The position numbers and the translations under genes were made by a program. DNA of 64,000 nt from Octopus bimaculoides (taxonomy: Eukaryota). The stretch lies in the NCBI RefSeq assembly GCF_001194135.2, contig NC_068987.1, positions 98,211,761-98,275,760 on the forward strand. Reading direction: 5' to 3'. Position 1 is the stretch's first letter, and each line of letters opens with the position of its first letter. Shown in pieces: positions 12,398 through 25,593 of the stretch. Below the pieces are notes generated by a model that worked only from the letters and a program-made list of their open reading frames with translations, was not told the origin of the DNA and searched no databases.

Positions 12398-14216
12398 TCT
12401 TTCCTCCTCCCTCCCCTCTCCATCCTCTTTGTCTCCTTGCCTCTAACTGTCCTCCTGCGTTAGACGCATTATATTTCTCTTACCTCTCAGCGCTATCTAT
12501 CTCATCCTCTCTCTCTCTCTCTCTCACTCCCTCTTACTTCCTCCTCTTTTCCGCTTTGTCTCTCACTTCAACAATGCTTCCCCTGCCTCTGTCCCGCCCC
12601 TCTCTCCTGCTTTGCCACTCACTCTGCTTAACATCTTTTACATTATTTACATTATTTACTTTTGACGGATATTTGCCATCAAGCAAAGAATATAAGTAGA
12701 GAAGAAATGATCAAGCTCAGTAACAATCTATTAAGCAAATTCTGTCTAGCGTTTACCGCTGTAACGATTTCTGGTGCAAAAAAAAAAAAATTATTCGGTG
12801 TTTTTGTGTATCCGTAAATAGCCATGCCTAGAAGAAAAGTGTTAAGTTTGTTCTCAATGCCAACGTCAGCCAAAAGAATGTCTCTGTCGACGGAAAGAAA
12901 GATACCTGGAAAAAAAAGGAATCACGCCAAGAAAGAAACAGACAATGCACTACAGCAGCCAGTGCATCTGAGAATGATGAGACAAGAGCTATGCTGCAAA
13001 AACAAAACAAGTAGCTCACTGCTGCTGCCCAAGCATCTCAAACTGCCGATCAGAGGTATGCACGCCTGACAAGGAATAGGATCTTCACTGTGGAAGGAAG
13101 AGCAGTTACAGCAGCTCAGAGAAGCAGCTTTCAACTATGGTCTAGCAGTTAATTATGGAGATGACACTAAAGTTTCCATTGGTGCAATGACAACTGAGTG
13201 CATACACTGTAAAGCAAGGAAGTGACTTGGCGAGACACCTGGGTTGAGCTGCTGTGGCGCAAAGGTTAAACTCTCTGCAATGCCACGAGGGTTCATATTC
13301 ATGGTGACCTATTAGCTGCAGAGCTCTCAAAGAAGTTACTTGACAATGGAAATGGAAAACTTCCACAGGATCCAGAAGATAGTCTGCACCACCTCTCATG
13401 TGGCAATATGACTGTCTCCCTTGAAGAACTGAAGTGCAAGGTATTTCCAAACATTGCCACAAACAACAAAAGTCACAAGTGGCTATGTGAAAGAACAATT
13501 CTGTTACCAAGGTATGATGCTGTAGACAAGCTGAATCTAAATTTGTTGCCACAGCTTCCAGGAACTGAGAGTTCATGCAGATCAATTGACTCAACAAGAA
13601 CAAGCAACGCATTACCTTGGAGTTCTTCAAATGCTGTTAAGAAACCTTGATGCACCCAGGCTCTGCAACGAAACAAGGCTGGTTGTTAAAACAGCCATGC
13701 CCAATGTGTTGGAAGCAACAATAATTACAGGCAACATTATATGTGAGAATGTCTTCATTTCGTTGATCCTTCTTATCTCAAGAGACTGCAGTTTCCTGTC
13801 AAAGTGAGCTTAGCAATGACTATCAACAGAACACAAGGTCAATCTCTAAAAGTGGTTGAACTTAACTTGCTTCTACCATGCTTCTCACATGGTAAGCTGT
13901 ATGTTGGATATTCCAGGGTTGGCGATTAAAAGAACGTCAATATTCTCAGTGATAAACATGGCAAGACAGAAAACAGAGTATATGAAGAAGCACTTACATG
14001 AATGATATGTGGATGTAATGTACAGAAGTGTAAACGCTTTGAGTATTAAAAGTGAATATTACTTTCTGAGAAACACACAAATCTTACTACAAGCAAACAG
14101 TACTGAGTTAAGGCTATGAGTTTATAACCCGACTGAAACCAGGTCCTTCATATTTGTTGTTTACTAATCAGAATAAGAACAGCAGTAGCCCGGGCAACGC
14201 CGGGTAGTTCTGCTAG
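12398..14216 (+). mobile_element. Internally deleted Helitron (N-terminal Cys motif fused to Pif1 helicase C-terminus)
   Basis: AAFNY...IGAMTTECIHCKARK*LGETPGLSCC (13120-13260); WLCERTILLPR..LPG; MLLRNLDAPRLCNETRLVV; AMTINRTQGQSL..CFSHGKLYVGYSRV. 3' hairpin CCCGG-GCAACG-CCGGG (14189-14204) then CTAG (14213-16). 5' end not canonical. Confidence 0.88.
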
Positions 14217-14274
14217 CGTGTGTGTATGTATGAATGTATATATGTATATTATGTATATATGTATATTATGTGTA

Positions 14275-14312
<38 letters not shown>

Positions 14313-15321
14313 NNNNNNNNNNNNNNNNNNNNNNNNNNNNNNNNNNNNNNNNNNNNNNNNNNNNNNNNNNNNNNNNNNNNNNNNNNNNNNNNNNNNNNNN
14401 NNNNNNNNNNNNNNNNNNNNNNNNNNNNNNNNNNNNNNNNNNNNNNNNNNNNNNNNNNNNNNNNNNNNNNNNNNNNNNNNNNNNNNNNNNNNNNNNNNNN
14501 NNNNNNNNNNNNNNNNNNNNNNNNNNNNNNNNNNNNNNNNNNNNNNNNNNNNNNNNNNNNNNNNNNNNNNNNNNNNNNNNNNNNNNNNNNNNNNNNNNNN
14601 NNNNNNNNNNNNNNNNNNNNNNNNNNNNNNNNNNNNNNNNNNNNNNNNNNNNNNNNNNNNNNNNNNNNNNNNNNNNNNNNNNNNNNNNNNNNNNNNNNNN
14701 NNNNNNNNNNNNNNNNNNNNNNNNNNNNNNNNNNNNNNNNNNNNNNNNNNNNNNNNNNNNNNNNNNNNNNNNNNNNNNNNNNNNNNNNNNNNNNNNNNNN
14801 NNNNNNNNNNNNNNNNNNNNNNNNNNNNNNNNNNNNNNNNNNNNNNNNNNNNNNNNNNNNNNNNNNNNNNNNNNNNNNNNNNNNNNNNNNNNNNNNNNNN
14901 NNNNNNNNNNNNNNNNNNNNNNNNNNNNNNNNNNNNNNNNNNNNNNNNNNNNNNNNNNNNNNNNNNNNNNNNNNNNNNNNNNNNNNNNNNNNNNNNNNNN
15001 NNNNNNNNNNNNNNNNNNNNNNNNNNNNNNNNNNNNNNNNNNNNNNNNNNNNNNNNNNNNNNNNNNNNNNNNNNNNNNNNNNNNNNNNNNNNNNNNNNNN
15101 NNNNNNNNNNNNNNNNNNNNNNNNNNNNNNNNNNNNNNNNNNNNNNNNNNNNNNNNNNNNNNNNNNNNNNNNNNNNNNNNNNNNNNNNNNNNNNNNNNNN
15201 NNNNNNNNNNNNNNNNNNNNNNNNNNNNNNNNNNNNNNNNNNNNNNNNNNNNNNNNNNNNNNGTGTGTGTATGTATGAATGTATATATGTATATTATGTA
15301 TATATGTATATTATGTGTATA

Positions 15322-15783
15322 TATATATATATATATACATACATACATGCATGCATACATACATACATACATACACACACACATACACACATATACGTGC
15401 GTGTAAGTATGTATGGTCCACGTGGACATAATTGGTTCTTTTATATATTTTTGTGTTCTTCATTTTTCCGCACCACTATTCATCTAAAGAAGGACAATGA
15501 CCAAAATATTACATTTATATGAGCGGCAAAATAATAATAATTTTACCATCAAAAATATTATTATTTTGCCGCTCATATAAATGTAATATCTTGGACATTG
15601 TCCTTCTTTAGATGAATAGTGGTGCGGAAAAATGAAGAACACAAAAATATATAAAAGAACCAATTATGTCCACGTGGACCATACATACTTACACGCACGT
15701 ATATGCATGTATGTGTGTGTGTATGTATGTATGTATTTATGTATGTATGTATGCATGCATGTATGCATGTATATATATATATG
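15322..15783. repeat. Long fold-back inverted repeat
   Basis: 15390-15539 is the reverse complement of ~15557-15705 with 2 mismatches; symmetry continues imperfectly through the flanking microsatellites. Confidence 0.92.
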
Positions 15784-15856
15784 TGTTTACGTATGCTTGA
15801 TATATTTGTGCATCTATCTATCTATCTATCTATCTATTTAGCTATCTTTGCCTTTG

Positions 15857-15888
<32 letters not shown>

Positions 15889-15952
15889 GCTGTCTCTCTG
15901 TTCCTCTCGCTGTCTCTCTATACTCTTCTCTCTGTGTATATATACATACATA

Positions 15953-15987
<35 letters not shown>

Positions 15988-16611
15988 GTATATGTGTGTG
16001 TGTTTGTGTTTGTGTGAGTATGTTTCTGTGACTTATATTCGCATCTGTTCGAAAATGTATTCTGGTAATAAATCTGACAAATATAATTTTCTTTCTGTTA
16101 AATAACTGATCAGAGTTTTCTCTCTTAATTTATATATTTTTTTCTTTTCATGCTGTTCTTATGCCCCAATATTCTTGTAAGTATAATCAGCCATTGCCAA
16201 AATATTATTAGTCATCTCAAATGCATTCAAATTTTTGACCACTATAAAATGAAATATATTTAGTATATTACTTAGTAAATATTCGATTCTTAGCCGTAGT
16301 AGTTTTATTCAATGGAAATAGATTCAATGAAATTTGGTGAGTTACTACGAACGGCTATAGTTACAGAGTCTGATATTGTATTACAGGTGACATCCTCCAT
16401 TACTGAGAAACCGCATATTAAATCACCTCGTTAATATAGTTTTACGACAGCCATAAACTGACATCAGGCTAACTCTCAACAGAGGAAACTTTTAAATGAT
16501 GAAGTATTTAGTAAAGAACAGACAGTTACCTGCCAAGTGGACATTACGCAAGCTAACTGTGTTTGGGTAACATTTTCTAACGAACCCACAACTCGTTTTT
16601 TAATAATCTAC

Positions 16612-16785
16612 ACGTACGCCGGGCGAAATGCTTTCTGATTTCAAGTTCTGCCGAGGTCGACTTTGCGTTTCATCCTTTCGGGGTCGATAAATTAAGTACC
16701 TGTTGCGTACTGGGGTCGATCTAATCCACTGGCCCCTTCCTCAAAAATTTTCGGGCCTCGTGCCTAGAGTAGAAACGAATAATAT
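16612..16785 (+). mobile_element. SINE family 2 (Nin/Deu-like central domain)
   Basis: CCGAGGTCGACTTTGCGTTTCATCCTTTCGGGGTCGATAAATTAAGTACC core, shared with 26428, 55810 and 56902. Confidence 0.8.
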
Positions 16786-17099
16786 ATACATATAAGCATA
16801 AAATCTCGAGAAATGGTAGCATTGAAGTGTTTCTCAAAAGTGCGCACTGTGTGTGCTGAGCAACACATATTACGAACTGGTTCATATCACGACAGACAAC
16901 TCAAAAAGGCTATGCCACGTCTTCTGTAATATAAGAGACTCGTGGAATAAAAGATAAAGAAAAAGAAATTGGAGATTAAGTTTCTTGGTGCTGAATTTGT
17001 TCCTGGTTTGAAGGAGAATAGACGATTTTATGAACAGAGTAGCAAGTCTCTTCCAGAAATCACTTGAGAGGCAATTGTATTTGAAACCAGAAGTAGTGA

Positions 17100-17700
17100 A
17101 CGTCTACTTTAACCCCCATAATATATACCCCTACGTTCTTACCTACCATACATTTCATTTGCTGAATACGGATCGTCTACTTTTACCTTTCCTTATAAAA
17201 GTGTCGGGTTTTCGGGAGAGAAGTTTCGTTTGCCTCCCTCACGCACTATTATGAAGGTTGTGACTAGTAAGGCTCAAGCATTCACTGAGGCTGGGACGTA
17301 TGCAGAGATCTGTAGATGGTGAGCAAAGGTTGTCACCTGTTTATGAAACACACTTCCTCAAATTTCATCACTTCCACAAAACTGCAGTTCCTAGTCAGGC
17401 GACGACCAAGGTTGGCTTTCTTGCATTTGTAATGTTGTTAAACCCTTACACCTCACTATCAATCGGACTATATGATCGGTGAAACATCTCATTTCTATAG
17501 AGGGTTAATGGCATAAAATAGCGGTGACATTCTCTGGAAGGACCTTGACGTTGTCAAAGATCATCTAAGCAATTATTCTGGGTGACAGAGTACGCTTCAT
17601 ATCAACATCTTCCAGAAATTCCTAGCTTAATAGAGCAACTGTTGGGATATAGGGAAATTATTGATTCAATAAAGTTTACAAGCATGGAGGTATTCTCAGT
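17100..17700 (-). mobile_element. Highly decayed CR1/L2-like LINE RT C-terminal fragment
   Basis: Minus-strand translation includes LLTIYRSLHTSQPQ (cf. LxxLYKSLVRPxLEY); otherwise heavily degraded. Confidence 0.35.
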
Positions 17701-18250
17701 CTCATCTGTCTAAAATGTGCGGTGAGCCATGAAACCGTTTTTCATGCATTAATTTCAGTGTCCAAGCATGATGAGCTATTACGAATGCTTATACACAGGA
17801 TCCATTTCGACGGCATGAGGACGGAACACTATTTCTAAGAAGGCCTTATCGTCAATTTCCACTTGAAGCAGAGTACAAGGATGGAGGAAATGGTAGCCTG
17901 AATATATGCTTGATGAAAAATAGCTACAAGTGGAAACACTGTTACACGCAACCGTTACAGTTCCTAAACTCTACTTGGAGATTGCCTGGAGTATAAACCA
18001 TATTGGGCGGGATGCAATATAAAATTTTGCGACATTTTGTCTATTAAAAATGGTTATTACTAATACATTGTAAGTTTCATTATATGCATTTGTAAATCAT
18101 GTGTATGCTTGTTTAGATTGTTTTACATCTGACAACCGTTCCTATATGATAAAGTATTTTATAATCCTTTTGTATAAAGTGCTTTGTAGATTGATATTGG
18201 GAACAATAAAGCAGCAATTATCAGTTCCATTTTTATCCTTTGCCAGTAAC

Positions 18251-18353
18251 AAGAAGAAGAAGAAGAAGAAGAAGAAGAAGAAGAAGAAGAAGAAGAAGAA
18301 GAAGAAGAAGAAGAAGAAGAAGAAGAAGAAGAAGAAGAAGAAGAAGAAGAAGA
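18251..18353. repeat. (AAG)n tract (~34 units)
   Basis: Directly visible. Confidence 0.95.
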
Positions 18354-18371
18354 ATAACAGCAACAACTACA

Positions 18372-19600
18372 ACAATAATAATGATGAACCGGTTTGGCAG
18401 GGGAATCCTGAAGTGGACAGAGAAGGAGCTAAAGGTGATGGACAGGAAATCACGAAAGCTCCTAACGATGCAGGGTACCCATCATTTACGTGCAGACACT
18501 GATCACCTATATATGAAGAGAGCAAATGGAGGATGGGGACTGATAAGTGTGGAAGACTACGTGCGTATCGAACTCGAGAGCTTAATGAGATACCTAGTCG
18601 AAAGTAAGGAAACTTTGTTAGTGACAGTTAGGAATGTGAGAATATTGAGAACAGAGAAAAGGGGGAAACGAATGAAGAAGTACAAAAAGGACATGAAGAA
18701 GAGTTACGCAAGAAGGTACTATACAATCAATTCCATATAGCCACAACAGAAGTTGCTGGAAATAAAAGGTGAGATTAGCTGGTGAAAGGAACACTATACT
18801 GCACTGTGCTGGCAGCGCAGGGCGAAGCTTTGGCCACGAAATGGAGGACCAACCTTAGGAATGCGCAAGTGTCTCTACTGTACCTCATCTGCAATAAAGT
18901 GCATGAAACTATTGCCCATATCACGAACAAATGCCTTTGCTAGGATTGCCCAGAACCACTACAAGTTATAGCGATATGACCATGTAGCAACAGTGCTACA
19001 TTGGATACTGCGATAAGTGGGGGAAGAGTGAAGCAAGATGTGGTATGATCAGAAACTCCAGAGAGTGGAGGAGTCGGAAACTAGCAAAATCTTTTGGGAT
19101 TTCCCAATCTAAACAGATCAGATGCTAGAGCATAACAGACCGGATCCAGCGGTGGTGGACAAGGTGCCCCACATACGCTGTATAGTTGATGTTCATGCTC
19201 CTTTGACCCACGAATAGTCAAGAAGAAAGGCAAAAAGATAGATAAGTACAACCCTCTTAAGTACGAAATAGCCCGGCTATGGAAAATGAAGAAGGTGAAG
19301 ATAGTGCCAATTATTGTTGGGTCCTTAGGAACAGTATCAGAAGGCATCAAGAGGTATCTCAAGTAAATTGGAATATAGTGTCCAGTAGAACTGTTTCAAA
19401 AGTTTTGCCTCCTTAGAACGGCTAGAATAACCACGAAAGTATTTGATAGCTGAAAAGAACGAGTAGCATTCTACCATAGGCTGCCGGTAGTAAGCCTGCT
19501 ACGTATGCAAGCTCCAGGAGCTCCAGCAAAACCTGTGATAAAGATAAAATTATAATAGTAATAATAATAATGATAATTGTGATAATAATAATAATAATAA
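18372..19600 (+). mobile_element. 5'-truncated R4/Dong-like non-LTR retrotransposon with (TAA)n-type tail
   Basis: WTEKELKVMDRKSRKLLTMQGTHHLRADTDHLYMKRANGGWGLISVED; degenerate CCHC region (ICNKVHETIAHIT..C); RLE domain KILWDFPI*TDQMLEHNRPD...KYNPLKYEIARLWKMKKVKIVPIIVGSLG; stop ~19451, 3' UTR, then (AAT)n. Confidence 0.9.
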
Positions 19601-19699
19601 TAGCAATAATGGCCAGTTTTGGAAAACCATTGAAAGCCATGTGGAACAAAATCCTGGACTTGGTTAAAAAAGAAGCATTCGAAAAAAAAACAAAAAAAA

Positions 19700-20435
19700 C
19701 AGAGAGCCTAATTTTAGCTTCAACTTGAGAAAAATATATATGGAAAGAATGTGTCAGAAAAATGTAGAGCCTGTGGAAGTTGGAACGAGACAGTGGCACT
19801 CATTGTGGCAGAATGTCCTAGAAAGAATATAAGAAATGAGACATGATTAGGTTGTTAAAGTTTTACACTGGAAGCTGTGCCAGAAATGGAGATTTGAAGT
19901 TGTAAACACTTGGTACAATAATCGAATCGAAAGGGTACTGGAGTCTGAGAAATGCAAGATTTTGTGGGACTTTCTTATTCAAACGGACAAGAAGCTGGAT
20001 AATAATAGACCAAACATAACAATTATAGATAGGGGAAAGTGAAATTGCTTACTGATCACTCCATCATGCCTGTTTGATTCTAAAATCTTAAAGAGGAAGA
20101 AAGACAAAACAATAGAATCCCTTAAAATTTGAAATGGGAAGAATTTGGAGCATGCGAACAGTAAAGGTCGTGCTATAATAATAGGTGCGTTGGGAATAGT
20201 AAGCTATGATGTAAGACAAATGGTTGAAGGAGATTGAAATAGAACACCCGGTAGAGCTTCTACAGAAAGTTTGTCTCTTAGGGACAGCAAGGATTATTCA
20301 GGAGGGTTCTGAGAACTTGAAGGACTGCTGAAAACTTGTGGATGCCTAAGGTTACAGGTAGTAACCCGCTATCCACATAATTTCTACCAGCAATGAGACC
20401 GAACCTGAGCCAACCAAAATAACAATTATAACGAT
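19700..20435 (+). mobile_element. Second R4/Dong-like 3' fragment (CCHC knuckle and RLE)
   Basis: YGKNVSEKCRACGSWNETVALIVAECP...HD*VVKVLHWKLCQKW...KCKILWDFLIQTDKKL..RPNITIID; later IIIGALG and PVELLQKVCLLGTARII. Confidence 0.88.
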
Positions 20436-21880
20436 TACGGAAAACACAGAAAACCTCCAGGATTTACAGTTTGCACTACATATAGAAAAAAGGACACTAT
20501 TAGATATTACAAGAATTATATAGTTATTACAATAGAAACAAAAAAGTCAAGAGAACTGATCATATAAACAAAGAACAGACAGCTATGCTTGGTGGAATAT
20601 TGGAAGTTCGCAATAAAAAGAAAAGAGCTCTAGAGCAAGAACGGCAACCACAACCACTACAGTATCGTAATTATTGTCATCCGTAATAATTAGTGGAAAT
20701 AAAGATGTGTTTCTCAACATATATTATTTATCGCTTTCAATAAAGAAGATAGAAAATAAAATTTGAAAGCATTTAAAATGAAACGAAAATTGCTTGCGAA
20801 AGATAAATAAGTAAAATACTGCGATTTTACTAAAAAGATAAGTATAATGCATTGTGAATTTTTCTTATCTGAAATTGTTTTTATAGCTCTATAATAGACT
20901 TCCACATCCGTAGTTTCGCTTTCTTGTCATAAGAATACATACTCTAAAATAGACACACTCATATACAAATGCAGACACACACACACATGCGTATATACAT
21001 ATATACTCGCTTATTTACATAACTATGTATATGCATGTATATATACTTAGAAACACACACATATACATTATATACATGCGTATATCCATATATATATATA
21101 TATATAATTCCATAGGTACTTCCATGTATATTAAACATACACAGCCAGCACAGAAAGACACACACACACATGATTCCATTTGTACATTCATGCATTTCAC
21201 ACAGACATACATATACACATACACAAACATATATGCCTACATATACTTTGACAGATACACGTATCTCACTGTGTTCGTGATAAACAGAGAGCAATATGTT
21301 GTTTATCGCTTTTGTTAATTTCCCATTATAGCAGTAACATGATTGTATATTCAAACATATGTGAAATATCTCTATGGAAACATGCAGGAAATTAAATTAG
21401 ATGAGAGAGATAAACATAGATCAGTAAATGTTGACTAAATTAGAAAACAGTTCGGGGAAATGAATTCAAAAAGAGAAAGCATAAAGCAAAACATATAGAA
21501 GTATATTTAAACTGAACGTATGGAAAAATAACTGACGTAAGGGAATATATATATAACAAGGTATATATACATATATGTGTGTGTGTGCGCGCGTGTGTGT
21601 GAGTGTACATATCAATGAGCAAAACGAACGCCATTATTGGGAAAATATGGCAGCTTTCTGACATAGTTGTATTAGGTTAGGTGAGATATAAATGTCAGAC
21701 GCCATTATTTGCAAACTAACTCACAAGCCAATTAAGTACGCTAAACATATATTTAACACTATCTAATAAATATATATATATACACGCACCCATTTATCTA
21801 TCCATCCGTGTATAGGTACATATGTAGTACATGCATGCGTACACAAATGCATATACATACATATTATATGTATATATATG

Positions 21881-21910
<30 letters not shown>

Positions 21911-21912
<2 letters not shown>

Positions 21913-23021
21913 GTAAATGAGTATATGCATATATACGTACAGGTATGTGCATACCGACATCCACCTGTATGTATAGGTGCATATCTGGGTACAGGATATT
22001 GCAAACAAAACGTAGACGAGAAAACACACAAGCCACATAGAGAACATTCTACTTCATCAGCTACCCCCGTTTTAACACCGGCGTTTCGAAGAGCTGAGCA
22101 GGACGCGTCGTTAAAACGGCTCTTCCCATGGACTGCAAATTAAATTTGTATACACAAATTAAATCTTGCCANNNNNNNNNNNNNNNNNNNNNNNNNNNNN
22201 NNNNNNNNNNNNNNNNNNNNNNNNNNNNNNNNNNNNNNNNNNNNNNNNNNNNNNNNNNNNNNNNNNNNNNNNNNNNNNNNNNNNNNNNNNNNNNNNNNNN
22301 NNNNNNNNNNNNNNNNNNNNNNNNNNNNNNNNNNNNNNNNNNNNNNNNNNNNNNNNNNNNNNNNNNNNNNNNNNNNNNNNNNNNNNNNNNNNNNNNNNNN
22401 NNNNNNNNNNNNNNNNNNNNNNNNNNNNNNNNNNNNNNNNNNNNNNNNNNNNNNNNTATGTGTGTATGAACGCTGTGAGGCACGAACTTGAAAGTAGGGA
22501 CGAAGTAGTTCGCGTGTTTGCTCGGCGATAGCCAAGGAAGAAAAGGATTATTGACCGGAAGCATGTGACCACGCCGGTTTAAGGGAAAGAGAGAGAGTGG
22601 TAGAGGGAGAAACAAAGGGAGGAAGTAGAAGAATAGGTGAGCAACGAGAGGAAAAGAGAAAGAGAGGAAGTACGAGGGGGAAAAAAGAGATACGTAGTAG
22701 TAACAGAAGAAGAACGAGAGGGGTAAAGCGAGATACGTAGTAGTAAAGAGGAAGAACGAGAGGGGGGAAATGATAGAGGAAGAGAAAGAGAAAGAGATAG
22801 AGTATCGTCGGAAAATATGAAGTTACGAAAACTAATTACAATTGGAGACGCTGCGTTCAGTCATGTAAAAACAATTAGTAAATGAGTATATGCATATATA
22901 CGTACAGGTATGTGCATACCGACATCCACCTGTATGTATAGGTGCATATCTGGGTACAGGACATTGCAAACAAAACGTAGACGAGAAAACACACAAGTCA
23001 CATAGAGAACATTCTACTTCA
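21911..23021. repeat. 146-bp direct repeat pair (period 965 bp) enclosing a structured and purine-rich interval
   Basis: 21911-22056 equals 22876-23021 except for 2 substitutions. Confidence 0.9.
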
Positions 23022-23178
23022 NNNNNNNNNNNNNNNNNNNNNNNNNNNNNNNNNNNNNNNNNNNNNNNNNNNNNNNNNNNNNNNNNNNNNNNNNNNNNNN
23101 NNNNNNNNNNNNNNNNNNNNNNNNNNNNNNNNNNNNNNNNNNNNNNNNNNNNNNNNNNNNNNNNNNNNNNNNNNNNNN

Positions 23179-23219
<41 letters not shown>

Positions 23220-24089
23220 GTGTGTGTGCAAGGGAGAGAGATCATCGTTGGGATGTGTATATCTATGCATCAGTAGATGTGTGTCTGTGTTATGCATCCG
23301 ATAATGTAGGTCAAACAAACATTGCACTGGACAATTTTTATATTCTGAGAAACACCCCCTGCAGAGATATAAACAATACACAATTTTGTGATAGATTACA
23401 AGTCAAGCCATTACATTTATCGTATTGACAATATCAATACATGCCGTAATCAACGAAATCATGTAAAAGTGATATGATATATAAGTATATATAAAACATT
23501 CTGCTTATGTATGTATGCATGTATGCTTGAATGTAAGGATGTATGCATGTTTGTATGTTTGTATACATACATGTGTGTGTGTGTGTGTGTGCCTGCCTGT
23601 TTGCGTGTGTGTACATTTACATATATATATACATACATATATGTACATACACATAAGGTTATGTGTGTGTATGTAGTCAATTGTATGCATATATATATAT
23701 ATATATATGTTAAAACAGAGGTATAAGATTCTTATAATTACGAGATATACACATTCACACACACACACACTCACATATATATGTGCACATGAAAATGTAT
23801 ACATACACATACACACATATATTTGATGCAAAAGTGACTGCGGTGTTATTATTTAAAAGATTGTTGCTTAATTTAGGAATAAGATTTTATTTAACCATAT
23901 TTATGCAACAATAATTCGAAGCACCAGTTTTGGTTTGTTGATATTGCTGATGAGTTTGCTCTTTCTGTGTCTCTGTCTCAGCCTGTCTCTCTTTCTTTCT
24001 CTTTCTGTATATATAGACACACATGCATACACACATACACACGTAGATACAGTCACATATATACATACATACACGCTTACATACGCACA

Positions 24090-24126
<37 letters not shown>

Positions 24127-24267
24127 NNNNNNNNNNNNNNNNNNNNNNNNNNNNNNNNNNNNNNNNNNNNNNNNNNNNNNNNNNNNNNNNNNNNNNNNNN
24201 NNNNNNNNNNNNNNNNNNNNNNNNNNNNNNNNNNNNNNNATATACACATATATATATATATATATAC

Positions 24268-24672
24268 GAGTGACTGTGTGGTAAGTAGCTTGCTTACCAA
24301 CCACATGGTTCCGGGTTCAGTCCCACTGCGTGGCACCTTGGGCAAGTGTCTCCTACTATAGCCTCGGGCCGACCAAAGCCTTGTGAGTGGATTTGGTAGA
24401 TGAAAACTGAAAGAAGCCCGTCGTATATATGTATATATATAAATGTATATGTGTGTATATGTTAGTGTGTCTGCGCTTGTGCCTGAAACATCGCTTGACA
24501 ACCGATGTTGGTGTGGTTATGTCCCTGTAACTTAGCGGTTCGGCAAAAAGAGACCGATAGAATAAGTACTAGGCTTACAAAGAATTAGTCCTGGGGTCGA
24601 TTTGCTCGATCAAAGGCGGTGCTCCAGCATGGCCGCAGTCAAATGACTAAAACAAGGAAAGAAATAAAGAAA
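24268..24672 (+). mobile_element. SINE family 1
   Basis: GTGTGGTAAGTAGCTTGCTTACCAACCACATGGTTCCGGGTTCAGTCCC...AAGCCCGTCG(TA)n...GGTCGATTTGCTCGA...AAACAAG A-rich tail. Confidence 0.9.
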
Positions 24673-25342
24673 TATATGCATGCATATATATATGGTGTGT
24701 ATGTATGTGTGTATGGATGGATGAATGAATGGATGAATGAATGTATGGATGGATGATTGGATCTATGTATGAATGTATACCTGCGTATGCGTGTGTGTTT
24801 GTGTTACCAATTCGCCATAACCAATGCCAATGTTCTATATTTATATAACCACCTGAATTTTGGTTTTGAACTTTAAATTTGGCAGTGACTCTTGTAGTAC
24901 ATCACATTAGCAAAATATCTATACAGGTAATATACCATTATCAGAATAAAAATTAGAACTCCCCACCGCCGACTGGATAGCATAAATTTAACGATTAAAA
25001 TTCAAATTCTCAGAATTATGCCAGCAACAATCACATTGATCCAGCTTTCATTGAAAGTAACAGCAACACATGCTGTCGGTTACTAAAGCAGAGGATTATG
25101 CCGTTTTAAGCTAGATCTGCTAAGTTTTGACCTGAGAATGTTTCTGTTTAAGACACAGCTAACATAAAATAACAGACTATGTTGATTTTTCATTTTTAAC
25201 TCTTTTAAGATTATGAAATGCTTCCTGAATACTAAAATGTATTTCAATCCAAATTTTATTATCATTTCAAGATACATATCATTTTGAGGATGCTGTCTTT
25301 CAGTCTTGATTTGAGTTAGGTAAGAAAGACCCTTATTACAGC

Positions 25343-25354
25343 GGAAGCTCACTC

Positions 25355-25442
<88 letters not shown>

Positions 25443-25528
25443 NNNNNNNNNNTCTGTCTCTCTCTCTGTCTGTCTGTCTGTCTGTCTCTGTGTCTCTCTG
25501 TCTCTCTGTATCTCTGTCTGTCTCTCTG

Positions 25529-25593
<65 letters not shown>

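Noticed and set aside
14217-15335. ~75-bp duplication on either side of the 950-N gap
   Set aside because: Identical and gap-flanking, so probably assembly redundancy.
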